Positions 38,898 to 48,626 of a stretch of DNA of 64,000 nucleotides are shown here, in pieces. The notes beneath the pieces are model-generated. The model did no database searches and was not told the origin of the DNA. It saw only the letters and a list, made by a program, of their open reading frames with translations. Each line of letters begins with the position of its first letter. Positions within the stretch are counted from its first letter, which is position 1. Origin of the DNA: an uncultured Nitrospiraceae bacterium (lineage in GTDB: Bacteria; Nitrospirota; Nitrospiria; Nitrospirales; Nitrospiraceae); assembly GCA_963846575.1 (NCBI GenBank), contig CAWJWJ010000002.1, positions 800,001-864,000 on the forward strand. Reading direction: 5' to 3'. Both the position numbers and the translations under genes were made by a program.

Positions 38898-39527
38898 ATG
38901 ATGGAGCCGTGCAAGCGTTCACTGGGCCTGGCAGTCGCGACGATGGTGCTCTTGTCGTCGGCCGCCTCTCTGACCGGTTGCGGACACGAAACGAAAGTGA
39001 CTCGCGTGGATACCGGCGTCGTCACGGATTTAAGCGGACGTTGGAACGATACGGATTCCCAGACGGTGGCGCAGGGGATGGTGAAGGAGGCGCTGTCCAA
39101 CCCATGGCTCGCAAACTTCACCAAGGGCAAGAATCGGGAACCGGTGGTGGTGGTTGGCACGGTACTCAATCGAAGTCATGAGCATATCAATGTTCAGACG
39201 TTCGTGGGCGACCTGGAGCGGGAATTGACGAATTCGCAGAAGGTCACGTTCGTTGCCGGTAAAGGCGAACGGGAAGAAGTACGTGAGGAGCGGCGCGAAC
39301 AAGCCGTCCATGCACGGGAGGATACGCAAAAAGCTCCAGGCAAGGAATTGGGCGCCGACTACATGATGCGCGGGAGCATTTCCACCATCTTGGACGAGCA
39401 GGACGGGGCGAAGGCCGTGTATTACCAGGTCGACCTCGAAATGGTGGATATGGAGAGCAACGTCAAAGCCTGGTTCGGGCAGAAAAAAATCAAAAAGGTC
39501 ATCGAGAGAAAGCGAACGATTTTTTAG
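38898..39527 (+). CDS. LpoB-like (penicillin-binding protein activator/CsgG-fold) lipoprotein
   Basis: Lipobox LTGC; DLSGRWNDTD, NRSHEHI, GKELGADYMMRGSI, YYQVDLEMVD. Confidence 0.8.
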   Translation: MMEPCKRSLGLAVATMVLLSSAASLTGCGHETKVTRVDTGVVTDLSGRWNDTDSQTVAQGMVKEALSNPWLANFTKGKNREPVVVVGTVLNRSHEHINVQTFVGDLERELTNSQKVTFVAGKGEREEVREERREQAVHAREDTQKAPGKELGADYMMRGSISTILDEQDGAKAVYYQVDLEMVDMESNVKAWFGQKKIKKVIERKRTIF

Positions 39528-39541
39528 CCCTGCGTACTCTG

Positions 39542-41038
39542 TTGAAACCGCACCTTCCATCGACCACGGCCTCCTGTCACGGAGGCCGTTTCATTTTATT
39601 TCCGCCGGTTGGTTTTCTTCTGCTGGCGCTACTCAGCGGGCTCTCGGGGTGCGGCCTCTCCGGAAATCGCTACGTGCTCATCGATCAGAGTCTTCTGGCG
39701 AACGATCCGCGTGAGGCCGATGCCATCGTGGCGCGGGCCGTGTCTGAATATGGTGCCCGTAACCGATTGTTGTACGACATGGACAGAGGGATGACGCTAC
39801 ATCTCGCGGGTGACTACCTTCAGAGCAATGTCCAACTCGAACATGCAGCGCAGGACGTCGAACGCTTATATACCAGAACCATCAGGACTGAAACTGCGGC
39901 CTTCCTCACGAACGACAACCTCTTGCCCTACGAAGGCGAGGCCTATGAACATGTGATGATTAATGTCGTTAAAGCATTGAATTATGCCGCCATGGGACAA
40001 TTGACCGACGCCGTCGTCGAGGCCAGGCAGATTGATCATCGTTTGAATGTGTTGTCGGATAGAACCAAAGACACGGATGGATATCGTGAGGATGCATTCG
40101 CGCGCTATTTGACCGGGGTGCTGTACGAGGCGACCGGCGATCTGAACAATGCCTTCATTGCGTATCGGAACGCCTATGAGATCTATCAACGCACGCGCGG
40201 ATGGGCCGGTACGCCGATTCCGTCGATGCTTCAGGGGGATCTTCTACGGACCAGCGAAGCACTTCACATGACCAATGAGTTCGAGGAATACCGGCGCCAA
40301 TTTCCAGAGACGCGCTGGCTTTCTTCAGGGGAGCATCCCGACCTCGCCCAGGTGGTGGTGATCAGCTATAATGGGCGCGCGCCGCGTAAAGAGGATAATT
40401 ATGTCGATCTCCCCGTCAGCCTGAGCGCACTCCAACTGGTGCTGCTGAATCGGGGCGTCATCCACTCCTCCAATCGGCAGGAGCGCCGGGCAGCGGACAG
40501 CGTTCTGTACGGTCTGAATGGTCGTGTGGTCAGGGTGGCGCTGCCCCGGCTCATCCCGCAAAAAACTCAAGTGCTCTATGAGGACGTGACGCTGGTCCCG
40601 AGAGGTGGGGAAGCCATTTCGAGAAAATCCGAGCTGGTATATAACGGCACGGCCCTGGCGGAGAGGTCCCTGTCGGATCGCATGCCGGGCATTATGACCA
40701 AAGCGCTCGCACGTGCGGCGTTGAAGTTTGCAGCCGCCGAAGGGGCCACACGTGGGGCCCAGCATGCGGTCAACAAAGGTGATGCGCACTGGGTCGGACT
40801 CGTGGTCGGGCTGCTTGCCCATGGACTCGCGGTGGCCTCGGAAGAGGCTGATACCCGGAGTTGGAGAACGTTGCCTGATGAGATTCAAATCTCCCGATTG
40901 TGGGTGCCGGCCGGTGAATACGAGAGTCGGATTCAGACCGTGACACGGGCCGGCGGAGCACCTCGCACCGTCGGGACGCGTCCGCTGGTCCTGCGAGCCG
41001 GACAGACAGTGTTCTTGATCCAACGAGTGGTCCTATGA
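39542..41038 (+). CDS. COG3014-type lipoprotein
   Basis: Lipobox LSGC; NDNLLPYEGEAYE, EEADTRSWRTLP signature. Confidence 0.75.
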   Translation: MKPHLPSTTASCHGGRFILFPPVGFLLLALLSGLSGCGLSGNRYVLIDQSLLANDPREADAIVARAVSEYGARNRLLYDMDRGMTLHLAGDYLQSNVQLEHAAQDVERLYTRTIRTETAAFLTNDNLLPYEGEAYEHVMINVVKALNYAAMGQLTDAVVEARQIDHRLNVLSDRTKDTDGYREDAFARYLTGVLYEATGDLNNAFIAYRNAYEIYQRTRGWAGTPIPSMLQGDLLRTSEALHMTNEFEEYRRQFPETRWLSSGEHPDLAQVVVISYNGRAPRKEDNYVDLPVSLSALQLVLLNRGVIHSSNRQERRAADSVLYGLNGRVVRVALPRLIPQKTQVLYEDVTLVPRGGEAISRKSELVYNGTALAERSLSDRMPGIMTKALARAALKFAAAEGATRGAQHAVNKGDAHWVGLVVGLLAHGLAVASEEADTRSWRTLPDEIQISRLWVPAGEYESRIQTVTRAGGAPRTVGTRPLVLRAGQTVFLIQRVVL

Positions 41039-42177
41039 GGCCGCCGAATTCGACCACTCCAAGTCGTCTCACGCGGGCCGGCCTGTCGGTGCTCCTGATG
41101 CTGGCCCTGGCCGGCTGCGGGCGGGGTATGGGACCATCCCGCCCGGTCTGGATCGATGGCGGAACCGCTCAGTTTCCTTCCGGGCAGTACTTAGTAGGTG
41201 TGGGCCAGGCTGATACACGGCCACAAGCCACGGAACGGGCCTATGCCGCGGTGTCCAGAATTTTCAAAGCGGAGATTACGGCTCAAGCCAAGGACTGGGA
41301 ATCCTATTTACTGGTGGACACTCGCGGCCGTACCAGCACCGAACATCGACTGACGCTGGACAATGTCACCCGTGTCACGACGGACAAGGTGTTGGAAAAC
41401 GTGCAGGTCTACGATACCTGGTTTGACCGCAACACCAGACAGTACTATGCTCTGGCTGGGATGAATCGGGCACAGGCAGAATCGGCCATGCTCGAACGCA
41501 TTGATGCGCTAGATCGCACCATCCAGACTGAGGTCGAAGAGGCTCATCACACCACGGATAAGCTCATCCACGTACGCAACCTCAAACGGGCGGGGAAGCA
41601 TCTTGTGCTGCGGGAGGCCTACAATACCGACCTTCGTATCATTCGGGCGAGTGGCCAGGGCAATCCGGCATCCTATCGGGTAGCTGAATTAACCAGGGAG
41701 TTGGAGCAGTTGCTTGGCTCGAATTTCGGCGTGGCCGTGGAGATGTCCGGTGATCAAGCCGACCCCGTCGAGCGTGCAGTCGTCGAAGGGCTCACCCGAG
41801 CGGGGTTTTCAGTTCTGGGTCACGAAACCGATTCCGGCGCCGTTCCGCTGGAACTGCTGATCAAGGGGATGGTGCGAGTGCGGTCGATTGACGCGCAGGA
41901 CCCCCACTTTCGCTATGTTCGATGGTGCACGGATGCGGTGGTGGAGGAAACGTCCAGCCATCGCATTATTGGAGCCGTTTCAAAAGGCGGGAGAGAAGGC
42001 CATGTAACAGAGCGTGAGGCAATCGCGAAAGCCGTCCGGGTGATGCAGCAGGAGTTTGCTTCGGATTTCGTTCGTTCGGTCGCAGCGCATGTCTATGGGG
42101 AAATGGATCTACCGGCTCCGGAGACGCTGCAGTCCGGCTGTCCGGGTGAGGCGCTTCAGCCGCAAGCGGTTCATTAA
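41035..42177 (+). CDS. LPP20-like lipoprotein (long form)
   Basis: Lipobox LAGC; RPVWI...YLVGVG...A..RA; ATGA overlap. Confidence 0.75.
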   Translation: MRPPNSTTPSRLTRAGLSVLLMLALAGCGRGMGPSRPVWIDGGTAQFPSGQYLVGVGQADTRPQATERAYAAVSRIFKAEITAQAKDWESYLLVDTRGRTSTEHRLTLDNVTRVTTDKVLENVQVYDTWFDRNTRQYYALAGMNRAQAESAMLERIDALDRTIQTEVEEAHHTTDKLIHVRNLKRAGKHLVLREAYNTDLRIIRASGQGNPASYRVAELTRELEQLLGSNFGVAVEMSGDQADPVERAVVEGLTRAGFSVLGHETDSGAVPLELLIKGMVRVRSIDAQDPHFRYVRWCTDAVVEETSSHRIIGAVSKGGREGHVTEREAIAKAVRVMQQEFASDFVRSVAAHVYGEMDLPAPETLQSGCPGEALQPQAVH

Positions 42178-42214
42178 GGTCGTGAGGTAACCACACAAGG
42201 AGGAGAGGAAAGGG

Positions 42215-42463
42215 ATGCGTAAAACAGGGACGGAAAAGGCCGCCGACCAGGGCACCGGTGGACGAAAATTATCCAGCCAAGCCATGAAGAAAATGTTGCG
42301 CGAACGCCTGGCTGCAGATACCCGACAGGTGCTTCACAGCGAAATTGTCGGCATTTTTCGTAAGCAGGGGTACTATGAGGAGCTGCCGCTGGATGAGTTG
42401 CAGGATCGCCTCTCCAAGCTTCAGTCGCCGCTGGCTGCCAGCCTCTTGAAGGGAAGGGTGTAG
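42215..42463 (+). CDS. Small protein, putative antitoxin
   Basis: AAGGAGG RBS; ends 1 nt before the PIN gene. Confidence 0.6.
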   Translation: MRKTGTEKAADQGTGGRKLSSQAMKKMLRERLAADTRQVLHSEIVGIFRKQGYYEELPLDELQDRLSKLQSPLAASLLKGRV

Positions 42464-42464
42464 G

Positions 42465-42908
42465 ATGCCGTATTACTATTTTGATTCAACCGCGTTGGTC
42501 AAGCGGTACAGCATGGAACGTGGAACCCGCGTCGTCAATAAGCTCATGGTGAAGCGAGGTAAGGTGGCGATTGTGCCCATGTGGAGCGTTACGGATTTTT
42601 ATTCGGCCCTTTCCGTTCGCGCACAGCAGGGAGAAATCACAAGGGACGATTGTTACTCGGTGTTGTACAAGTTTGAAATGGAAGCGTCTCAAGGCCTCTT
42701 TCAATTCATTTCTCCGACGATGAGTACCTACCTGGCTTCACGGGAGCTGATCCTTGATTATCCGGCTTTACGCTCCGTGCAGTTGCAGCATCTGGCTCTG
42801 GCGTTGGAGCTCAAGCCGTTACGGTTGACGGTGGTCAGCGCCGATAAGCAATTGCTGGCGGCCTGTCGTCCGGCAGGTCTCCACATCATTAATCCGGAGG
42901 ATGATTAG
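42465..42908 (+). CDS. PIN-domain (VapC-like) protein
   Basis: YFDSTALVKRY..E.G, HLALA, VSADKQLLAAC...GL..INP. Confidence 0.85.
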   Translation: MPYYYFDSTALVKRYSMERGTRVVNKLMVKRGKVAIVPMWSVTDFYSALSVRAQQGEITRDDCYSVLYKFEMEASQGLFQFISPTMSTYLASRELILDYPALRSVQLQHLALALELKPLRLTVVSADKQLLAACRPAGLHIINPEDD

Positions 42909-42918
42909 GGCATGGCGC

Positions 42919-43518
42919 TTACGCCGGACACTGGAATTCAACTCGCATAGAACTGAGCACGATCGCCCAATCTTCCATGGACTGCTGAACCGGTTTCATT
43001 CGCGGGTGAGCAGCGTCGGGCGGTGGGGTCTGATCCGGCTTTTCAATGGCAGCCTGTGCGTGGTTCAGTTCGAGTTGCCCGAGTTGAAGACTGCCGCACA
43101 CTCCGGCTGAAGCGGGCAACCCTCCGCCGGCCCGACGAAACAGAGCGACGGCCCGGTAGCCATGTTCTTGGGATCGGTACAGGTGCTCGGCCACGGTGAA
43201 TACCTGGCTTAACGCAGAACCGGAGTGTCGTTTTGCCAATTGAGCGGCCATGAGTGCCGCTCGCCCCATGCTCATGGCCGCACCCTCGGCATCCTCATTG
43301 CCCATGGCCTCCTCCGCTTTCGTGCGTAGCCGGTCCAGTTCCGCTTCATCGCCCATGACCTGCGCTTGAACAGGAAGGGCGAAGCAGGCAAGAAGAACCA
43401 GCACTGAGCCATACCTTGTGACGATGGGGCTGAGGACCCAAGACTCACCATGGCCGGCGGGAAGAGAGAGGGAGCCTACTGGACATACTCCCAGGTGTCG
43501 ATTTGTTTGATACTCCAA
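42919..43518 (-). CDS. Exported helical hypothetical protein
   Basis: Signal-like VLVLLACFALPVQAQ; true start probably downstream of the ORF start (GTG 43404 possible). Confidence 0.65.
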   Translation of the reverse strand: MEYQTNRHLGVCPVGSLSLPAGHGESWVLSPIVTRYGSVLVLLACFALPVQAQVMGDEAELDRLRTKAEEAMGNEDAEGAAMSMGRAALMAAQLAKRHSGSALSQVFTVAEHLYRSQEHGYRAVALFRRAGGGLPASAGVCGSLQLGQLELNHAQAAIEKPDQTPPPDAAHPRMKPVQQSMEDWAIVLSSMRVEFQCPA

Positions 43519-44552
43519 TTGACGGCTTCCTTCAGTTTGACAAGCTTCGGATCGGCATCATTCTCGTGAACGCGGTACAGGGATTTCTGCAAGGTGAACA
43601 GGGGTTCGTAGGCCCGCCTGTCAGGCAATTTTCCAAGGGCCCAGGCAACCTCAGTTTTTACGGCGACGTCCTCTGTGTTCAAGGTTGCGAGCAGGGGATC
43701 GATGATCGTGAAATCGCCGTGCAACGCGCCGACGTATCCCAAAGCCTTTGCCGCCGCGGCACGCAGCTCCGGCGCCCCGGTCTTCATCGTTTGAATCAGG
43801 GTCGGAATCGTTTCTTTCTTACCGATATTGCCCAGGGCGAGAGCCGAGGCTCTCGCGATGGAAAGATCCGTTCCATTCAACCCCGTTAAGAGCCGTGGAA
43901 CCGCACTCTCGGAGAAGAGTTCGCCGAAGAGAGCGATCAACTTAACTTTTCGAGCGACCGGCGTGGTCGGATCGTCGTAGAGACGAAACAGCCGTTCTTC
44001 TTGTCCCCATTCAGCCGTGATGAGGGCGGGGAAATCGTACTCCTCCAGCCGGCTCTTGAGCTTCGTCATGGTAAAGGCGGTCGGATCGTCAGATTTGGCG
44101 AGAGTCGCCGCGGCCTGCGGGTTGTCAAATTCCGTCCGGACCTCTTTCCGCCAGGCCATTTTCTTTCCGTTGAGGATATATGCGAGCTGACAGGCTGGTC
44201 CCTTCCAGAGCCGCGAAGGCGCGTCTGGAAGATCGGCATCGCTTCCCATGTTCGTCGTACCTTCCCAGGTTTTGCGCTGCTCGCATTTGATCTTCAGCTC
44301 GACATCGTAGGGCTGGGCCGCATCGGTTACCGGCGTATACCCGAATTCTTTCATGCGGTTGGCTGCCACTTCGAGCAACGGGCCGGCATCGATGGATCCG
44401 TTGTTCGACAAGGCCAGCACATCGATCAGGACGCGATCAATTCGTTCCATCTGAGCCTTTTGCTCCACGGTCAACGCGTCGCGACGCGCCCAGCTCACGT
44501 CACTCATGAGGAACAGTGCAGCCACGGTCATCAGCGTCACGATAGGTTTCAT
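43476..44552 (-). CDS. Exported HEAT-repeat protein
   Basis: Signal peptide; repeats ALALGNIG, RAAAAKALG, VAWALGKL. Confidence 0.85.
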   Translation of the reverse strand: MKPIVTLMTVAALFLMSDVSWARRDALTVEQKAQMERIDRVLIDVLALSNNGSIDAGPLLEVAANRMKEFGYTPVTDAAQPYDVELKIKCEQRKTWEGTTNMGSDADLPDAPSRLWKGPACQLAYILNGKKMAWRKEVRTEFDNPQAAATLAKSDDPTAFTMTKLKSRLEEYDFPALITAEWGQEERLFRLYDDPTTPVARKVKLIALFGELFSESAVPRLLTGLNGTDLSIARASALALGNIGKKETIPTLIQTMKTGAPELRAAAAKALGYVGALHGDFTIIDPLLATLNTEDVAVKTEVAWALGKLPDRRAYEPLFTLQKSLYRVHENDADPKLVKLKEAVNWSIKQIDTWEYVQ

Positions 44553-44668
44553 GTCGGCTCCGTTCTGCTGAAAAGCGGCGAGGAGGAATATCAGATTCCC
44601 CACTTTATACAACCCTTTCCGGCGGTTGCAAGTTGCGCCGCTTGAGCGAGCGTCCGTATAATCACGCC

Positions 44669-45499
44669 ATGTTGACGGGAAAACGAATCGCGTTCATCGG
44701 TGGCGGCCACATGGCTCAATCATTGCTCGCTGGTTTATTCCGAAAGGGGCTGACGAGCCTGGAGCGCATCACCGTCAGTGACCCCCACCTGCCCCGTCGA
44801 GAGGACTGTGCCCGACTGTTTGGCGTCGCCGCCTCGGCCGATAATCGGTGGGCCGCTACAGGTGCGGACCTACTTGTGCTGTGTGTTGAACCGCAGGTGC
44901 TTGATGACGTGCTGCTCGAGTTGGCATCGATCGTTCAGGGGGAGACACTCGTCATCTCAGTCGCCGCCGGCTATCCTATCGCCCGCATCCGGCGGCATCT
45001 CCCGTCCGCGACCAAAGTAGTCCGTGCCATGCCCAATACCCCTTCGGCCATCGGGGAAGGCGTGACGGCACTCAGCGTTCCGGCAAGCCTTTCACCAGAC
45101 GATCTGGCGCTGGCGAGGACTGTATTTGAATCGGTCGGCCAGGCGGTGGTGGTGGAAGAGCGTCTGTTGGATGCGGTTACCGGCCTGAGCGGAAGCGGAC
45201 CAGCCTACGTATTCGCAATGATCGAAGCCTTGGCGGACGGCGGGGTATTGATGGGATTGCCCCGGGCGACGTCGCAACTTCTGGCGGCACAGACCATGGC
45301 CGGCTCGGCCCGTATGATTCTCGAGTTGGCGGAACATCCCGGCGTGTTGAAAGATCGTGTGGCCTCACCTGGAGGCACGACGATTGCGGGTCTTCGTTGT
45401 CTGGAAGAGGGACGCTTGCGCGCCACCTTGATGGCGACGGTGGAGGCGGCTACCACACGATCACAGGAGCTGGGTAAGGCGGGGCCATCCGAAAATTAG
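44669..45499 (+). CDS. proC: Pyrroline-5-carboxylate reductase
   Basis: FIGGGHMA, RAMPNTP, TGLSGSGPAY, VASPGGTT. Confidence 0.97.
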   Translation: MLTGKRIAFIGGGHMAQSLLAGLFRKGLTSLERITVSDPHLPRREDCARLFGVAASADNRWAATGADLLVLCVEPQVLDDVLLELASIVQGETLVISVAAGYPIARIRRHLPSATKVVRAMPNTPSAIGEGVTALSVPASLSPDDLALARTVFESVGQAVVVEERLLDAVTGLSGSGPAYVFAMIEALADGGVLMGLPRATSQLLAAQTMAGSARMILELAEHPGVLKDRVASPGGTTIAGLRCLEEGRLRATLMATVEAATTRSQELGKAGPSEN

Positions 45500-45511
45500 G
45501 AGGAGTGATCA

Positions 45512-45706
45512 ATGCAATACTGGGTCAAAGTCGTATTCGCCGACAATCAAGAGCTGCTCGTGAAGGATGCCATTCGTCACACGATCAGTGAAGATATGGA
45601 AGTGCTGGAAGTAGATTCGGCCAAAGAAGTCATCATCATACCCATGAAGCAGATCAAGTACATCGCGTGCGATGCGACGGTGTTCGCACAAAAATCAAAG
45701 ACATAA
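45512..45706 (+). CDS. Small beta-rich hypothetical protein
   Basis: AGGAGGAG RBS; 64 aa with alternating hydrophobic pattern. Confidence 0.75.
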   Translation: MQYWVKVVFADNQELLVKDAIRHTISEDMEVLEVDSAKEVIIIPMKQIKYIACDATVFAQKSKT

Positions 45707-45717
45707 CCGCGGTTGGA

Positions 45718-46743
45718 TCAGGAAGCCAAACAGTTTGTCTCCAGGACATTAACTTCGTCATCCGCCTGGCGCAGTTCCCATCTACTCCTGACAATCATTT
45801 GCGCCCCGTCTCGTCGAAGATGTACAAGCGTCCCTTCCCAGCGCCCCTTTGAGTGTAACTCTTGCTCAATAAGCCCCAGGGGTTGGGGAAACCGTGTATT
45901 GAGCAGGCTATGTGTTCGCTTGGCCACCGCTTCATCCGAATCCCATCCGTATAGGACACAGGCCTCCTGATTCCAGGATTTAATGGTTCCGTCCAAGCGA
46001 CGTACTATCAGGGCCTCCTGGCGATGATCGCGGACGAGCTTGCCCTGGGGTTGGTCTCGATGTTTGACGACACGCGCCGGGTTGCCTGCTACGATGGCGG
46101 AAGGCGCCACATCCCGGGTCACAATGGCTCCCGCTCCCACAACCGCGCCTTTCCCTATTCTGACTCCGCTGAGGATGGTCGCGCCTCGGCCGATCCACAC
46201 GTCATCCTCGACCACAATCTCCCCCTTCGTCTGTAACGGCTGTTTCTGCATCATCTCACCGGGGACGATCCCGTGATTATAGGGGTAGAAGTGACAATTT
46301 GCCGCGATCATCGCATGGGCGCCGATACGAATGTCCGATAGATAGGCAACCAAGGTGCATCCTCGCCCGATTGACGTGTATTCACCGATGTAAATGGAGC
46401 CCTGTTGCCCCGTGGTGAACTCGCACCCATCGCCCACCCAGACCCGGTCGCCTAGGGTGACTGCCCCGCCGTCCTGATCGCGCACGAGACGCACGTCCCG
46501 ATCGATGAAAATATGGCGTCCCAGATTGAGGGCGTCATGATGGATGCGAACCGACGCCGCCACATAGCCGAACTCAAACCAGTGCGCGAGATTTTGTTGG
46601 ATATAGTAACGGACGTGGGGCAACGGTACCGAGGTGGCGAGCCGGGTGGCGAGACGGCCCAGGGTGCTCAGGCTCGCAAACCGCATCCAGAAGCGCGCCC
46701 AACGGATAGCTGCACGATTCTTCCAGTTCATAGTATTCAGCAT
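45718..46743 (-). CDS. Hexapeptide-repeat O-acyltransferase fused to a C-terminal PAS domain
   Basis: NHG...IVVEDDVWIGRGATILSGVRIGKGAVVGAGAIVTRDV...AGNPARVVK, then LIVRRLDGTIKSWNQ...LYGW..EA...GRWEGTLVHLRRDG. Confidence 0.88.
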   Translation of the reverse strand: MLNTMNWKNRAAIRWARFWMRFASLSTLGRLATRLATSVPLPHVRYYIQQNLAHWFEFGYVAASVRIHHDALNLGRHIFIDRDVRLVRDQDGGAVTLGDRVWVGDGCEFTTGQQGSIYIGEYTSIGRGCTLVAYLSDIRIGAHAMIAANCHFYPYNHGIVPGEMMQKQPLQTKGEIVVEDDVWIGRGATILSGVRIGKGAVVGAGAIVTRDVAPSAIVAGNPARVVKHRDQPQGKLVRDHRQEALIVRRLDGTIKSWNQEACVLYGWDSDEAVAKRTHSLLNTRFPQPLGLIEQELHSKGRWEGTLVHLRRDGAQMIVRSRWELRQADDEVNVLETNCLAS

Positions 46744-47188
46744 CGAATCAGTGTTTCCCAGCTTGTGCAGACCTCTCAGTCCGCACAGAGTATAGTCATC
46801 GCAACTCCAGAAAAACTAGGGGAAACCCGTGAACGCCTCGACCCGATCCTGGGCGTCGTCATGGTTATGACCTTGATCCCGGTGATAAGAATGGTAAGCC
46901 CGGGCCACGCGTGGGCCAAATCATTCAAGTAGGCGCAGAAAGTGACGAGGTTGTCGTAGAGACTAGGATGCAGCCCTGCCTCAGCAATGCCTGGCTCACA
47001 GAGCAAAGAAAATTTCTGTAAAATTTCTTTAACGGGTCGTAGCGATTTGGTCCCCGATCAGGCGGATTGAGGGGAGTGAGCCGATGAATCAACTCTCCTG
47101 GTTGCAAGAGTGCGCACTCAAGCCGGTTCAGGGCGCGCTATCGTCTTTCGGAACCGGTATCCTGCCACGTGGGACACGGCCGAAAACG

Positions 47189-48499
47189 TCAGGACTTAGC
47201 CGTTAGCTCTGAGCCCCTCCCGCCTGTATCCCGGCCTGACGAACCCTCAACTAGGGCCGGCTTTTCTGGTGCGGTCTCCAATGTGGGATCCCAATCGTGG
47301 TCGCGATCGACCGCATCGATCAACCGTTCGAAAATATCGGGAATCGCACCGGTGACTCGGCTCCAGTTCGAGATCATCGGTACCCCCAACGGGTCTTCTA
47401 AGAATGTTTCCGTCGCGACTTTCATGCCCTTCAGGAATACCTCGACAGCCATCCGCTCTTCGTGCCGGTCGAACTGCAGGCTGTTAATGGCGGCATCATT
47501 CTGGTAGCGGGTGATAGCCTCCTGTGCCGACTGCAGATAGGTCGCCCGTAATGCCTTCAGGACTGCTTCCGACAGGACCACCCCTTCGCTCGCGAGGTTC
47601 CGGAAGAGCGACTTGGTAATATCCACGCACATTTTCTGCAACCCCAGGTCAGCATTGTCCGCCGACAGAGTCTGGTGCTTGTGTTCATAAGCATCGGCGA
47701 TGTCGGCCTGACAAATCCTTCTCAGTGCGCAGTTGCGATAAATTTCGGCCAAGACTCCCACTTCCAGCCCCCAATCGCCTGGAATGCGATTAATCCAGGC
47801 CAGGTCTCGCACCATGGCGAATTCGCCCGCGAGGGGATAGCGAAAGCTGTCAAGAAAGGTCAACAGGGGATGGGATCCCACCACTTGCTGAAGGCTTCGA
47901 ATCAGCGGCGTAAGGTACAGACGCGTCACGCGGCCATGGAGACGATTGGTGACCCGACTGTAATACCCTTTGCAGAACTCATATCCTAAGTTGGGGTTGA
48001 CGATCGGATAGCAGAGTCTGGCCAGGTACTCGCGATTGTAACTCAGAATGTCACAGTCGTGAAGCGCGATCACATTGCTCTGACCGCGCGCGAGGACGTA
48101 CCCGAAGGCCATCCAGCACCCGCGGCCTTTTCCTTGGAGTCCGGTGTCGATCTCAGCCTGAGCCAACAGCTTGAGAATGTCCTGAATGCCCGTCCCATCG
48201 TTGTACACAATACGAACCCGCTGGGGCAGCACGGCAAAAAACTGTTTGGCCAGGCGAAACTCCAACGGCGAAGCTCGATCCAGCGAGATTACGATCTCAT
48301 TCACATACCGGATGTCTTTCAACACCTGCACGATGTGTTTGAGCGCTGGATTTTCAAGCTCGGAATAGAGCGAGGGGAGCACCAGGGCTATTGGATTGGT
48401 GGCCGCATGCCGTTCCAACTCTTTTTCCAGTTGCTCGAGATTGGAAGTGCCTAGACGGTGCAGCACCGTCACGAGTCCGTTCTGATGAAAATCCGACAT
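47189..48499 (-). CDS. Glucosyl-3-phosphoglycerate synthase-like glycosyltransferase
   Basis: MSDFHQNG, GKGRGCW, HDCDI, GRVTRL, YPLAGEF, DWGLEVG, YEHKHQ; GGAGG RBS. Confidence 0.85.
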   Translation of the reverse strand: MSDFHQNGLVTVLHRLGTSNLEQLEKELERHAATNPIALVLPSLYSELENPALKHIVQVLKDIRYVNEIVISLDRASPLEFRLAKQFFAVLPQRVRIVYNDGTGIQDILKLLAQAEIDTGLQGKGRGCWMAFGYVLARGQSNVIALHDCDILSYNREYLARLCYPIVNPNLGYEFCKGYYSRVTNRLHGRVTRLYLTPLIRSLQQVVGSHPLLTFLDSFRYPLAGEFAMVRDLAWINRIPGDWGLEVGVLAEIYRNCALRRICQADIADAYEHKHQTLSADNADLGLQKMCVDITKSLFRNLASEGVVLSEAVLKALRATYLQSAQEAITRYQNDAAINSLQFDRHEERMAVEVFLKGMKVATETFLEDPLGVPMISNWSRVTGAIPDIFERLIDAVDRDHDWDPTLETAPEKPALVEGSSGRDTGGRGSELTAKS

Positions 48500-48626
48500 G
48501 GTCCCTCCAGTAGCGGGTTCGAGCGGACGATGAATGGTGAGTGAAGAGCGGCGGTTCCCGAAGCGCTCACACGGGCCGCGACAGGTGCTGAGCAGCAACC
48601 GCCGAGGCGGCTGAGTGAAACCGCTA

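Noticed and set aside
46904..46919. Sigma54-like GG-N10-GC on the minus strand upstream of the acyltransferase-PAS gene
   Set aside because: Poor consensus (TGGC rather than TTGC at -12); expected by chance at this GC content
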